From a virus, in the IMG/VR virus record IMGVR_UViG_3300017917_002228, positions 64,001 to 128,000 of that record: a stretch of DNA of 64,000 nt; one strand, 5' to 3'. Positions 1 to 7,139 of this stretch are shown here, in pieces. The position numbers and the translations under genes are program-made. How positions within the stretch are numbered: position 1 is the first letter of the stretch; each line of letters starts with the position of its first letter. Below the pieces are notes generated by a model. It searched no databases. It had not been told where the DNA came from and saw only the letters and a program-made list of their open reading frames with translations.

Positions 1-1
1 T

Positions 2-589
2 GTAAAAGAATATCCAACTGCTTCTGCTGGATCAGCTCACTTTAGGCATTTGATCAATGAATTACGAATTAAACGAAACTTTACTCCAGACATTATATAC
101 ATTGACTATCTTAACATTTGCTGCAGTAGTCGTATTCGGGCTGGTTCTAACGTCAATAGCTATACGTACGTTAAAGCAATCGCGGAGGAACTACGCGGCC
201 TTGCAGTTGAGTTTAATGTACCCGTTGTTACTGCAACCCAGACAACAAGAAGCGGATACGGAAACTCAGACGTTGAACTCACAGACACATCAGAGTCGTT
301 CGGATTACCCGCAACAGCCGATTTAATGTTTGCTCTTATCAATAGCGAAGAGTTAGAACAGCTTGGACAGATTATGGTCAAGCAGTTAAAGAACCGCTAT
401 GCCGATCCTACTCTACATAAACGTTTTGTTGTGGGTGTAGACAGAGCAAAGATGCGTCTGTATAATACAGAACAGGAAGCTCAAGATGACATTATCAACG
501 ATGTTCCAGTCTTCAGTAAAAGTCAATTTGGCAACTCAGATGAAGAACGAAATGAACGTAAAGGCAAAATTAGGGCTCTCTTGGTGTGA
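2..589 (+). CDS. 41: T4-like replicative DNA helicase gp41, C-terminal part (5'-truncated)
   Basis: Frame open from base 2 (VKEYPTASAGSAHFRHL...); DnaB-family motifs IYIDYL, AEELRGLAVE, ATQTTRSG, SESFGLPATAD, KQLKNRY. Confidence 0.95.
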   Translation, partial: VKEYPTASAGSAHFRHLINELRIKRNFTPDIIYIDYLNICCSSRIRAGSNVNSYTYVKAIAEELRGLAVEFNVPVVTATQTTRSGYGNSDVELTDTSESFGLPATADLMFALINSEELEQLGQIMVKQLKNRYADPTLHKRFVVGVDRAKMRLYNTEQEAQDDIINDVPVFSKSQFGNSDEERNERKGKIRALLV

Positions 590-615
590 TAAGCCAGTAA
601 AGAAAAAAGAGAAAT

Positions 616-640
616 AAAAAAAGGGGGCTTAAGCCCCCTT
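616..640. terminator. Intrinsic terminator, perfect palindrome AAGGGGGCTTAAGCCCCCTT (621-640)
   Basis: Lies between convergent gp41 and the minus-strand mini-gene; the A-run at 616-622 gives a U-tract on the minus strand. Confidence 0.8.
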
Positions 641-862
641 AAACTTTTCCATTTCTTCTTTGTAAATATATTCTTTTTGAATTTTGATATAATATTTTGG
701 ATATTTTTTATTGAGTATGTTTTGTTCTGTTAGAAGATTTATTAATTTTTGATAGATAGGTTCCTGGTTAGGATCTTCTTTATACATAGTGTGGTTTATT
801 TGATCTGATAGAGAATTCCATTTTTGGAAATATTGTGAGTAAGTGATGTTGTATTTAGACAT
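629..862 (-). CDS. Small G-depleted early protein (77 aa, MSKYNITYSQ...)
   Basis: SD AAGGAG upstream of the ATG at 862; sigma70-like promoter at 890-918; terminator at its end. Confidence 0.6.
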   Translation of the reverse strand: MSKYNITYSQYFQKWNSLSDQINHTMYKEDPNQEPIYQKLINLLTEQNILNKKYPKYYIKIQKEYIYKEEMEKFKGA

Positions 863-889
863 TTTGTGCTCCTTTGTCATAGCCTTATA

Positions 890-918
890 ACGTTAGCATA
901 TCGAAGTAATTAAATCAA
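890..918 (-). promoter_or_regulatory. Early sigma70-like promoter TTGATT-N17-TAACGT
   Basis: Same (C/T)GTTG...GC-TA pattern as the other early promoters in the window. Confidence 0.5.
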
Positions 919-1038
919 CAGCTTTGTGCACATATAGAGATAAAGATATCTTTATATTAGATACTGCTAATATACGTGTGTTTTAAGCATATGCTATCAA
1001 TGTAGTGGTATCGCTATTCTGCTAAAGCACTTCTCCGC

Positions 1039-1212
1039 TAACTCATTGATATCATTGAAGATGTGTGAATCGCGAAGAGAAACACATATATCCTAACCTA
1101 TTGAAATCATTGATGTTTTTTCCATGTAGAATCCTATGATATCTATGAGAATCCATGGAAATACTAACATATTGAAATCATTGATGTTTTTATAAACCAT
1201 TGAAATCATTGA
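1039..1212 (+). repeat. Four copies of TAANNNATTGA(A/T)ATCATTGA (1039, 1094, 1165, 1193); IHF-consensus-like
   Basis: Direct repeats seen in sequence; the copy at 1039 (TAACTCATTGATA) matches YAANNNNTTGATW exactly; a fifth copy lies at 55414. Confidence 0.8.
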
Positions 1213-1235
1213 AGAAACTTTTTTCAAAAAAACAG

Positions 1236-1264
1236 TTGCACAAATAACCGATATAGACGAGTAT
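1236..1264 (+). promoter_or_regulatory. Early promoter CAG-TTGCAC-N17-GAGTAT
   Basis: Shared CAGTTG extended -35; upstream of SD AAGGAG and ORF 1296. Confidence 0.45.
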
Positions 1265-1295
1265 TAGGTATAAGGTCTTAACAAGGAGCACTGCA

Positions 1296-1706
1296 ATGTC
1301 TAATATCTCTAAAGTTATCAGCTTTATCCAAGCTGACCCTAACTTCGATAAAGCGGCTATGACGACCAAAATCGTCAACGAACTCGGAGTTACTAAGTCT
1401 AACGCTCAGGTTTATATCTATAACGCACTTAAGAAGATGAACGGTGCGACTCCTGTTCGCGTTAAGAAAGAGAAAGTTGCTAAGGAGCCTGTAGAAAGTA
1501 AGCGTGCTGCAAAGCGTCGTTTGACTGCAGAGCAGAAGGCTGCTGCTAAGCGCTTCTCTGACTACCATAATCAAAAGCTTACCGAGCAAATGGACGCAGA
1601 ACGTCCTATTATGGAAGCTGAGATCGAAGAATATGTGAATGAGGCTGAGCAGTATCTTCGGGAAAACCTCCCGATCTATGCTCGTAAAGAACTCGGTCTC
1701 GTCTAA
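1296..1706 (+). CDS. Early hypothetical protein, N-terminal HTH-like segment
   Basis: Strong SD AAGGAG; ELGVTKSNAQVYIYN segment followed by a basic linker. Confidence 0.75.
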   Translation: MSNISKVISFIQADPNFDKAAMTTKIVNELGVTKSNAQVYIYNALKKMNGATPVRVKKEKVAKEPVESKRAAKRRLTAEQKAAAKRFSDYHNQKLTEQMDAERPIMEAEIEEYVNEAEQYLRENLPIYARKELGLV

Positions 1707-1775
1707 GCGACACTCTTCCCTCTGCATCTCAAAAGGGTGCAGAGTATAGAATGCCGTTCAACCTAGAGGTAAACT

Positions 1776-1997
1776 ATGTCTGAACTCAACGCATACGAAC
1801 TCGACATGTTCGAGAGTCTATCTGAAGCTATGTTTAAGCTCGCAGAAGATAAGGAATGGTCTGTAGGGAATCTTGCTGACATCGTAGTCAAGCGCCATTG
1901 CGGTGATGGATACTTTTCCTATGATGGTATCTTGAACGACTTGCAAGAGCTCCTCAAGAATGATGAGCTCGCATCTGAAATCGTAAGCTTTATCTAA
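1776..1997 (+). CDS. Small acidic early hypothetical protein
   Basis: SD GAGG, 73 aa ORF. Confidence 0.7.
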   Translation: MSELNAYELDMFESLSEAMFKLAEDKEWSVGNLADIVVKRHCGDGYFSYDGILNDLQELLKNDELASEIVSFI

Positions 1998-2009
1998 GGA
2001 GAACGTAAA

Positions 2010-2318
2010 ATGGCTACAGTGCAACAATTAGTAGAGCTTCTCAAAGAATGGGATGCTCATCAAGATACAATAGACCAAATGGTCTCGTTTATTGACGAAA
2101 ATGGCCCTAACATCTACGCTATCTCTACAGAGTATAATTTGTACGAGATTGATGTAGCGTTAGAAGAGTCGCTAGAGGCTATTCGTGCAGATGCTCTTTC
2201 TGAAGAGAATATGGAATACTATGAGTATGACATCTTCGAAGATTTTGAAAACTCCGAAGAAGAAATGAAGCGTGGTTTTTTATACGGCGAAGGTTATTTC
2301 TTCGTTCGTATAGATTAA
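2010..2318 (+). CDS. Highly acidic early hypothetical protein
   Basis: SD AAGGAG; very D/E-rich 102 aa ORF. Confidence 0.75.
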   Translation: MATVQQLVELLKEWDAHQDTIDQMVSFIDENGPNIYAISTEYNLYEIDVALEESLEAIRADALSEENMEYYEYDIFEDFENSEEEMKRGFLYGEGYFFVRID

Positions 2319-2321
2319 CAG

Positions 2322-2349
2322 TTGCCTATTTTAGCAAACTAGCTATAAT
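2322..2349 (+). promoter_or_regulatory. Early sigma70-like promoter TTGCCT-N16-TATAAT
   Basis: Consensus -10 preceded by GC; CAGTTG -35 shared with other copies. Confidence 0.7.
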
Positions 2350-2379
2350 AGTACTGCAACGTTCAGATAGGATATACGT

Positions 2380-2604
2380 ATGATAGATGACAGCAAGATA
2401 CTGCATCATGTTAGAGAGCGTTTGTATGACAGACGTCAAGCACTACTCTCTGACATTGATGTGATGGAGCATGAGTGTAAAGAGTGGCTTAACCCTCATG
2501 ACTTTCAGTCAGGTTGGTATACCGGTAATATTAATACTATGAAATCAGAAGTAGAATTTCTCGAGAAGCTTATTAACGATCTAGAGAACGCATACTTCGC
2601 ATAA
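2380..2604 (+). CDS. Early hypothetical protein
   Basis: ORF downstream of promoter, SD AGGA. Confidence 0.7.
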   Translation: MIDDSKILHHVRERLYDRRQALLSDIDVMEHECKEWLNPHDFQSGWYTGNINTMKSEVEFLEKLINDLENAYFA

Positions 2605-2609
2605 CTAAT

Positions 2610-2684
2610 GGACCCTTAGCTCAATGGTAGAGCAAGCGGCTTTTAACCGAGAGGTTGCAGGTTCGAGTCCTGCAGGGTTCACCA
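2610..2684 (+). tRNA. tRNA-Lys(TTT)
   Basis: Acceptor GGACCCT/AGGGTTC, anticodon loop CTTTTAA, GTTCGA T-loop, encoded CCA. Confidence 0.9.
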
Positions 2685-2685
2685 G

Positions 2686-2714
2686 TTGCCTTTATCTGCG
2701 TTTAATGTTAGTAT
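2686..2714 (+). promoter_or_regulatory. Early sigma70-like promoter TTGCCT-N17-TAGTAT
   Basis: CAGTTGCC element abutting the tRNA CCA end; only 6 nt from the ATG at 2721 (possibly leaderless). Confidence 0.55.
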
Positions 2715-2720
2715 GAGAGT

Positions 2721-3008
2721 ATGATGAAAGCAGATCTTGAACTAGCCGTTAAACGTTTGCATGCAGCATATACATTGTATTATCTCAAGGCTACTCCTAA
2801 TGCCAAGATGAACGACGCTGTTGTGTATGCTAACGCATGTACTTCTGACTACGTAGACTATGCTGAAGAAGCTTGTAAAGATTATAAGTGGAAAAGTATG
2901 GCTAAGGTACTAGAGAACCAAGTTCGTATTCTTCTCGGTTTTGTAGAAGTGTACGATAAGATTATCGAACGAGATAGAGTAACTCAAAAAACGAGGTGGT
3001 CGCTATGA
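2721..3008 (+). CDS. Early hypothetical protein
   Basis: 95 aa ORF after promoter. Confidence 0.7.
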   Translation: MMKADLELAVKRLHAAYTLYYLKATPNAKMNDAVVYANACTSDYVDYAEEACKDYKWKSMAKVLENQVRILLGFVEVYDKIIERDRVTQKTRWSL

Positions 3009-3091
3009 TTAGTCGCTATGATGTTGTTCTTCGTCGCTGGGAATATGGTTTTTGGCGCGGTAGTCAGTTTGTGATTGTAGGTGTAATGTGA
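3005..3091 (+). CDS. Micro-protein, 28 aa (MISRYDVVLRRWEYGFWRGSQFVIVGVM)
   Basis: Not in ORF track; ATGA overlap upstream, GTGA overlap downstream, SD GAGGTGG. Confidence 0.6.
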   Translation: MISRYDVVLRRWEYGFWRGSQFVIVGVM

Positions 3092-3360
3092 AAAGCTATA
3101 CAATTAATATTGATTATAATATCGCAGATAAAATCTTCGTCGATGTTCTTAAAGACGATTATTTAATGCTGTGTAAAGAGATAGCTCACATTAACCAGAC
3201 ACAAGAAGGTAAAAAGCCAGAAGAATTTCCTCCTCATATTAAGGAAGATTTTGAAGCTTGCCATAACAATACAGTTGCAATGGAACAGCTTTTCTTCTAC
3301 TATATGATGCCTGAAGATGCATTGAACCTTATTAATGAAGGTAATGCAATCCGTTTCTAA
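3088..3360 (+). CDS. Early hypothetical protein
   Basis: GTG start coupled to the upstream stop. Confidence 0.7.
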   Translation: MKSYTINIDYNIADKIFVDVLKDDYLMLCKEIAHINQTQEGKKPEEFPPHIKEDFEACHNNTVAMEQLFFYYMMPEDALNLINEGNAIRF

Positions 3361-3382
3361 AGTTAGCCTATATAAAATGTAT

Positions 3383-3458
3383 TTCCCGATAGCTCAGTTG
3401 GTAGAGCATTCGACTGTTAATCGAATTGTCCCAGGTTCGAGCCCTGGTCGGGGAGCCA
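3383..3458 (+). tRNA. tRNA-Asn(GTT)
   Basis: Cloverleaf, anticodon arm TTCGA-CTGTTAA-TCGAA, CCA end. Confidence 0.95.
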
Positions 3459-3460
3459 GT

Positions 3461-3511
3461 TAGGTTCGTCGCTTAATAGACGCGCGAGAGGTCACGGTTA
3501 GCCTCTCACCA
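3461..3511 (+). ncRNA. Putative small two-hairpin RNA ending in ACCA, between two tRNAs
   Basis: CGTC-gcttaata-GACG and GAGAGGT-cacggtta-GCCTCTC-ACCA; GC-rich relative to the genome. Confidence 0.45.
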
Positions 3512-3516
3512 ATTTC

Positions 3517-3591
3517 GCCGGTGTAGCACAGCGGTAGTGCAGCGGTTTTGTAAACCGAAGGTCGGGAGTTCAATCCTCTCCACCGGCACCA
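3517..3591 (+). tRNA. tRNA-Thr(TGT)
   Basis: Acceptor GCCGGTG/CACCGGC, loop TTTGTAA, CCA. Confidence 0.93.
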
Positions 3592-3596
3592 TTAAT

Positions 3597-3671
3597 GCGG
3601 GTATAACTCAGGGGTAGAGTGTCAGCCTTCCAAGCTGTTCGTCGCAGGTTCGAATCCTGTTACCCGCTCCA
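3597..3671 (+). tRNA. tRNA-Gly(TCC)
   Basis: Acceptor GCGGGTA/TACCCGC, loop CTTCCAA, TCCA end. Confidence 0.93.
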
Positions 3672-3689
3672 ACTATCTAAAGGTGTGTC

Positions 3690-3917
3690 ATGTTTTGGTA
3701 TGTAATTCTAGTAGTGATCAATGCTAATGGTACAGTTAATGCTACCACACACTATCCAAAACTACCTCAGTATAACCATGAATCAAACTGTAAAGAAGCT
3801 GGTAAAGCTCTAGCAGACAAAGCACAACTTGAAGCAGGTACTAATAATGCTAAAGTGTTCTGGAGGTGTGAAGCACTTTCATATGAAACCGTAGCTAAAA
3901 CACTTCCGAGGACATAA
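3690..3917 (+). CDS. Small membrane-anchored/exported protein with two Cys
   Basis: Hydrophobic N-terminus MFWYVILVVI; C...C pair. Confidence 0.7.
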   Translation: MFWYVILVVINANGTVNATTHYPKLPQYNHESNCKEAGKALADKAQLEAGTNNAKVFWRCEALSYETVAKTLPRT

Positions 3918-4081
3918 TGGTTGAAGAAGATAAACTACTCAAAGTACACCACGATTGGATGCTAGATATTCTTAAACGAATGAAACAAACAATCGAATCT
4001 AAAGATGTTAACGAAACTCAAAAGCTTGCAGTGCTTGAATACTGGGTTAAGCAAGCACTTAAAGTAGAACGAGAAGACTGA
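3917..4081 (+). CDS. Small hypothetical protein, 54 aa (MVEEDKLLKVHHDW...)
   Basis: Not in ORF track; TAATG overlap, SD GAGG. Confidence 0.65.
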   Translation: MVEEDKLLKVHHDWMLDILKRMKQTIESKDVNETQKLAVLEYWVKQALKVERED

Positions 4082-4092
4082 TAAATACTTTT

Positions 4093-4302
4093 ATGGGTAC
4101 AGCGTCTGTAGAAGCTCGACAAGAATTAGTTGATAAAATTAAGCACCGTAGTGATATTAAAATTGTAGATATCACACACTTTGGTGAAGGTTTTTATCTA
4201 GTCAAAGTTGAGTCAGATGAACTCCCAGCAGGCTATCATGGAATGCAAAGTATTTACTTTGAAGATGATAGAGTAAAGTTTAGACGAGACTTAGACGTCT
4301 AA
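4093..4302 (+). CDS. Hypothetical protein
   Basis: 69 aa ORF following GATAAATA late-promoter-like motif at 4080. Confidence 0.6.
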   Translation: MGTASVEARQELVDKIKHRSDIKIVDITHFGEGFYLVKVESDELPAGYHGMQSIYFEDDRVKFRRDLDV

Positions 4303-4377
4303 GCGGAGGTAGCTCAGTGGTAGAGCTTCTGCTTGCCAAGCAGACGGTCGTGGGTTCGATCCCCATTCTCCGCTCCA
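4303..4377 (+). tRNA. tRNA-Gly(GCC)
   Basis: Anticodon arm TCTGC-TTGCCAA-GCAGA, TCCA end. Confidence 0.93.
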
Positions 4378-4393
4378 TTATTACAGGTGAACT

Positions 4394-4864
4394 ATGCGTA
4401 AATTTGACATTAACGAAGTCATCGACTTTATCAAGTCGCAATCTCCAGAAACAAAAATCTATCTAGGTGCAGATTCAGTTCGCCTTAATGTCAAAGACGT
4501 ATGGTATGCAGATTATACATTAGCAGTCGTTGTTCATTATGATGGCAACAAGGGCTGTAAAATATTTGGTGATGTAATACGTGAGCGTGATTTTGATCAA
4601 CGTCAAGATCGTCCTCGTATGCGTCTCATGAATGAAGTATATAAGATTGCCGAGCTCTATTTACAGCTTGCAGAAGTATTAGAAGACCGCTATATTGAAG
4701 TACATCTTGACATTAACCCTGATGAAATGCATGGTTCGTCTTGCGTAATTAATGAAGCAGTCGGCTATATAAGAGGTATGTGTAATGTTGTTCCGTTTGT
4801 TAAACCAAACGCGTTTGCAGCTTCTTATGCAGCAGATAGACTGAAAGAAGTTCTTTCAGCTTAA
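4394..4864 (+). CDS. RNase H-like YkuK-family protein
   Basis: IYLGADS ... RLMNEV ... EVHLDIN ... KPNAFAASYAAD. Confidence 0.85.
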   Translation: MRKFDINEVIDFIKSQSPETKIYLGADSVRLNVKDVWYADYTLAVVVHYDGNKGCKIFGDVIRERDFDQRQDRPRMRLMNEVYKIAELYLQLAEVLEDRYIEVHLDINPDEMHGSSCVINEAVGYIRGMCNVVPFVKPNAFAASYAADRLKEVLSA

Positions 4865-4871
4865 CAGTCAC

Positions 4872-4954
4872 GCGCTAGTGGCGGAATTGGTAGACGCACT
4901 GGTTTTAGGTACCAGCGGGCAACCGTGGGGGTTCGAGTCCCTCCTGGCGCACCA
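4872..4954 (+). tRNA. tRNA-Leu(TAG)
   Basis: CTGGT-TTTAGGT-ACCAG, long variable arm, CCA. Confidence 0.93.
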
Positions 4955-4959
4955 TAGTT

Positions 4960-5036
4960 CGGGGATTAGCACAGCCTGGTAGTGCGCTCGCTTTGGGAGC
5001 GAGAGGTCGCGAGTTCGAGTCCCGCATCCCCGACCA
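4960..5036 (+). tRNA. tRNA-Pro(TGG)
   Basis: CTCGC-TTTGGGA-GCGAG, C1 acceptor CGGGGAT/ATCCCCG, CCA. Confidence 0.93.
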
Positions 5037-5044
5037 TATAAATA
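5037..5044 (+). promoter_or_regulatory. T4-type late promoter TATAAATA
   Basis: Exact gp55 consensus, between tRNAs. Confidence 0.6.
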
Positions 5045-5051
5045 AGCTATT

Positions 5052-5135
5052 GGAGGATAGCGTGCAAGGTGCACAAACGGTCTTGAAAACCGTGCCACCG
5101 AAAGGTTGATGGTTCGATTCCTTTATCCTCCGCCA
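5052..5135 (+). tRNA. tRNA-Ser(TGA)
   Basis: ACGGT-CTTGAAA-ACCGT, long variable arm, GCCA end. Confidence 0.88.
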
Positions 5136-5137
5136 AT

Positions 5138-5211
5138 ATCAGTGTGATGTAACGGTAGCATAACGGTCTCCAAAACCGTTCGTCAGAGTTCGAATCCCTG
5201 CACTGATGCCA
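5138..5211 (+). tRNA. tRNA-Trp(CCA)
   Basis: Acceptor ATCAGTG/CACTGAT, loop CTCCAAA, GCCA end. Confidence 0.88.
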
Positions 5212-5226
5212 ATATACAGGTAGCAT

Positions 5227-5427
5227 ATGAAATTAAAAAAGCTTAAACTTACACATGAAGAGATTTTTGCTGAAGTTGAACGTCACGAATTAGTAATATG
5301 CCACCTAAGAAAAGAAGATGGATCACTTGAACCATTTTTAGTTTCTTACGATAATAAAAAATACGCCATGCCAGAAGGCTATATGGAATACGATAAGAAA
5401 CACTTTAGACGTTTCTTTAATATCTAA
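5227..5427 (+). CDS. Hypothetical protein
   Basis: 66 aa ORF filling the space between tRNAs, SD AGGT. Confidence 0.6.
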   Translation: MKLKKLKLTHEEIFAEVERHELVICHLRKEDGSLEPFLVSYDNKKYAMPEGYMEYDKKHFRRFFNI

Positions 5428-5428
5428 C

Positions 5429-5514
5429 GGAGCGTGGGCAGGACGGTAATGCAGCGGTTTGCTAAACCGTAGAACCGAAAGGTTCAATTGGTTCGACTCC
5501 AATACGCTCCGCCA
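5429..5514 (+). tRNA. tRNA-Ser(GCT)
   Basis: GCGGT-TTGCTAA-ACCGT, long variable arm, GCCA. Confidence 0.9.
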
Positions 5515-5516
5515 AG

Positions 5517-5594
5517 TTCTTCTTGGGAAGAAGTAAAAAGCACCCTGGTCGGAGTGGTGCAGAGGCGAGTGCGACGCCTCTGCCTTTTATTTTT
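5517..5594 (+). other. Three-hairpin structured element ending in a terminator-like stem, upstream of the glycosylation island
   Basis: TTCTTC/GAAGAA, GCACC/GGTGC and GCAGAGGCG/CGCCTCTGC followed by a U-tract. Confidence 0.5.
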
Positions 5595-5601
5595 GAGGTA
5601 T

Positions 5602-6303
5602 ATGATGAGTTATACTGTTGTTATTCCTACAATGTGGATGTTTGCACCATTCACTGCTTTCTTAAAAGATCTTGTAGAAGAATCTAGCGTGTCTATGATT
5701 AACATCATTAATAATGATGTGGATAGGACACCAGATGATCCAATCTTAAAACATAAAAAAATTCTTATGTATAACATGCCGGATAACATTGGGGTTAATC
5801 CGGCATGGAACTTTGGCGTTCAGTATTCAGGTGGTAACGAAAACATCTGTATAATGAATGATGATATTACGTTTGATCTTAAAGTTTTCAAGAAACTATA
5901 TGGCCGTCTTCGTAAAGGTTCTGGTGTATATGGACTGTGTCCAGGTGATCCAATTCACTACCAGCCTCCTGTAACGACCGGTATTATAGAATTCCAACAT
6001 ACACCTTTCCCATATCATTACAGTAAACATTTTGGTTTCGGACAGCTTATGTTTTTAAATAAACATGACTGGACGCCAATTCCTAATGGTCTAAAGATAT
6101 ATTGGGGTGATAATTTTATTTACGATACCTACTATCATAAATTTAATAACAATCACGTTATTACTAATATGTTCTTTCATACTCCTTGTGCTACTACAAC
6201 AAGCACTATTGAAAATCCAGGTGGCATTGTTCAACAAGAGGGTATAATATTTAATCAGGTTATGCCTCAGATAGTCAACGACATTTTAGCGAGCAAGCAA
6301 TGA
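5602..6303 (+). CDS. GT2-like glycosyltransferase
   Basis: YTVVIPT, NIGVNPAWN.G, IMNDD, YWGD; start re-set to the ATG after SD GAGG. Confidence 0.85.
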   Translation: MMSYTVVIPTMWMFAPFTAFLKDLVEESSVSMINIINNDVDRTPDDPILKHKKILMYNMPDNIGVNPAWNFGVQYSGGNENICIMNDDITFDLKVFKKLYGRLRKGSGVYGLCPGDPIHYQPPVTTGIIEFQHTPFPYHYSKHFGFGQLMFLNKHDWTPIPNGLKIYWGDNFIYDTYYHKFNNNHVITNMFFHTPCATTTSTIENPGGIVQQEGIIFNQVMPQIVNDILASKQ

Positions 6304-7139
6304 AAGATCTTATTCTAGCTAGCATAAGCAATTACACTTATGATAAAGTAAAACACTGGCTTAATTCTATCAAAAAGTCTGGTTTTTCTGGCGATGTTAT
6401 TATGATATGTGCTAGTGTTGATGTTGATACAATTAATAAGCTTGATCAAGAAGGTGTAATTGTATATCATTGTGATCTAGAACCTAACCAGCATATTGTT
6501 GTAGAGCGATTTCTTTATTACTGGAATATTCTAGATAATCTAGAAGAAGAATATCGATATGTTATTTGTACAGATGTATCAGATGTAGTATTTCAACGCA
6601 ACCCTTCTGACTGGCTCAGCAAAAATATTACAGAAGAAAAACTTATTGCTGCATCTGAGTCAATTACATATAAAAACGAAGCGTGGGGCTATCACAATAT
6701 CAGAGCATCTTTTGGTATTCAAATTGGTCAAGAGATGGATGATTGGGTTATTTACAATGCCGGTGTTATAGCCGGTGAACCTTTTTTTCTAAAGAAATTA
6801 TTTAAAATTTTATATTTTATGTGTGATGCTCGACCATCTCAAGTAGCTGGTGGAGGAGGACCCGATCAAGCAGCTTATAATATTATTCTTACTACTCAAC
6901 GTTATGAAGATATATTTTTTGCACCGTCTGAATCAGCATGGGCAGCTCAATTAGGTACTACTGGTGATCCTCATAAACTTCTTTACTATAATTCTCTTTT
7001 AGTAGAACCTAAGCCTATTTTTAGAGACGGTTATGTTTGTACAAGCAAAGGTGAACCTTTCTTTATAGTTCATCAATATAATAGGGTACCTGAAATTAAA
7101 AAAGCGTTTGAGGAAATATATGAAAGCGTCACGCAATAA
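6300..7139 (+). CDS. GT-A fold glycosyltransferase
   Basis: ICTDVSDVVFQ.NP, YNAGVIAG, DQAAYN, IVHQYNR. Confidence 0.8.
   Translation: MKDLILASISNYTYDKVKHWLNSIKKSGFSGDVIMICASVDVDTINKLDQEGVIVYHCDLEPNQHIVVERFLYYWNILDNLEEEYRYVICTDVSDVVFQRNPSDWLSKNITEEKLIAASESITYKNEAWGYHNIRASFGIQIGQEMDDWVIYNAGVIAGEPFFLKKLFKILYFMCDARPSQVAGGGGPDQAAYNIILTTQRYEDIFFAPSESAWAAQLGTTGDPHKLLYYNSLLVEPKPIFRDGYVCTSKGEPFFIVHQYNRVPEIKKAFEEIYESVTQ

Noticed and set aside
1039-1212. CRISPR array
   Set aside because: Repeats are ~20 nt, degenerate and irregularly spaced (55, 71, 28 nt), with no cas operon; the Cas4-like exonuclease at 60819 is a usual T4-like gene
1278-1727. 149 aa minus-strand ORF (and similar long antisense ORFs at 56068 and 61605)
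   Set aside because: Antisense to better-supported + strand genes that have SD sequences or translational coupling
4868-5098. 76 aa minus-strand ORF (likewise 14056-14256, and the 5' extensions of ORFs 5488 and 14138)
   Set aside because: They overlap clear tRNA genes
5530-5560. Resemblance of AAAAAGCACC...GGTGC to a Cas9 tracrRNA 3' hairpin
   Set aside because: Only a short stem matches; no anti-repeat or nexus, and no cas9
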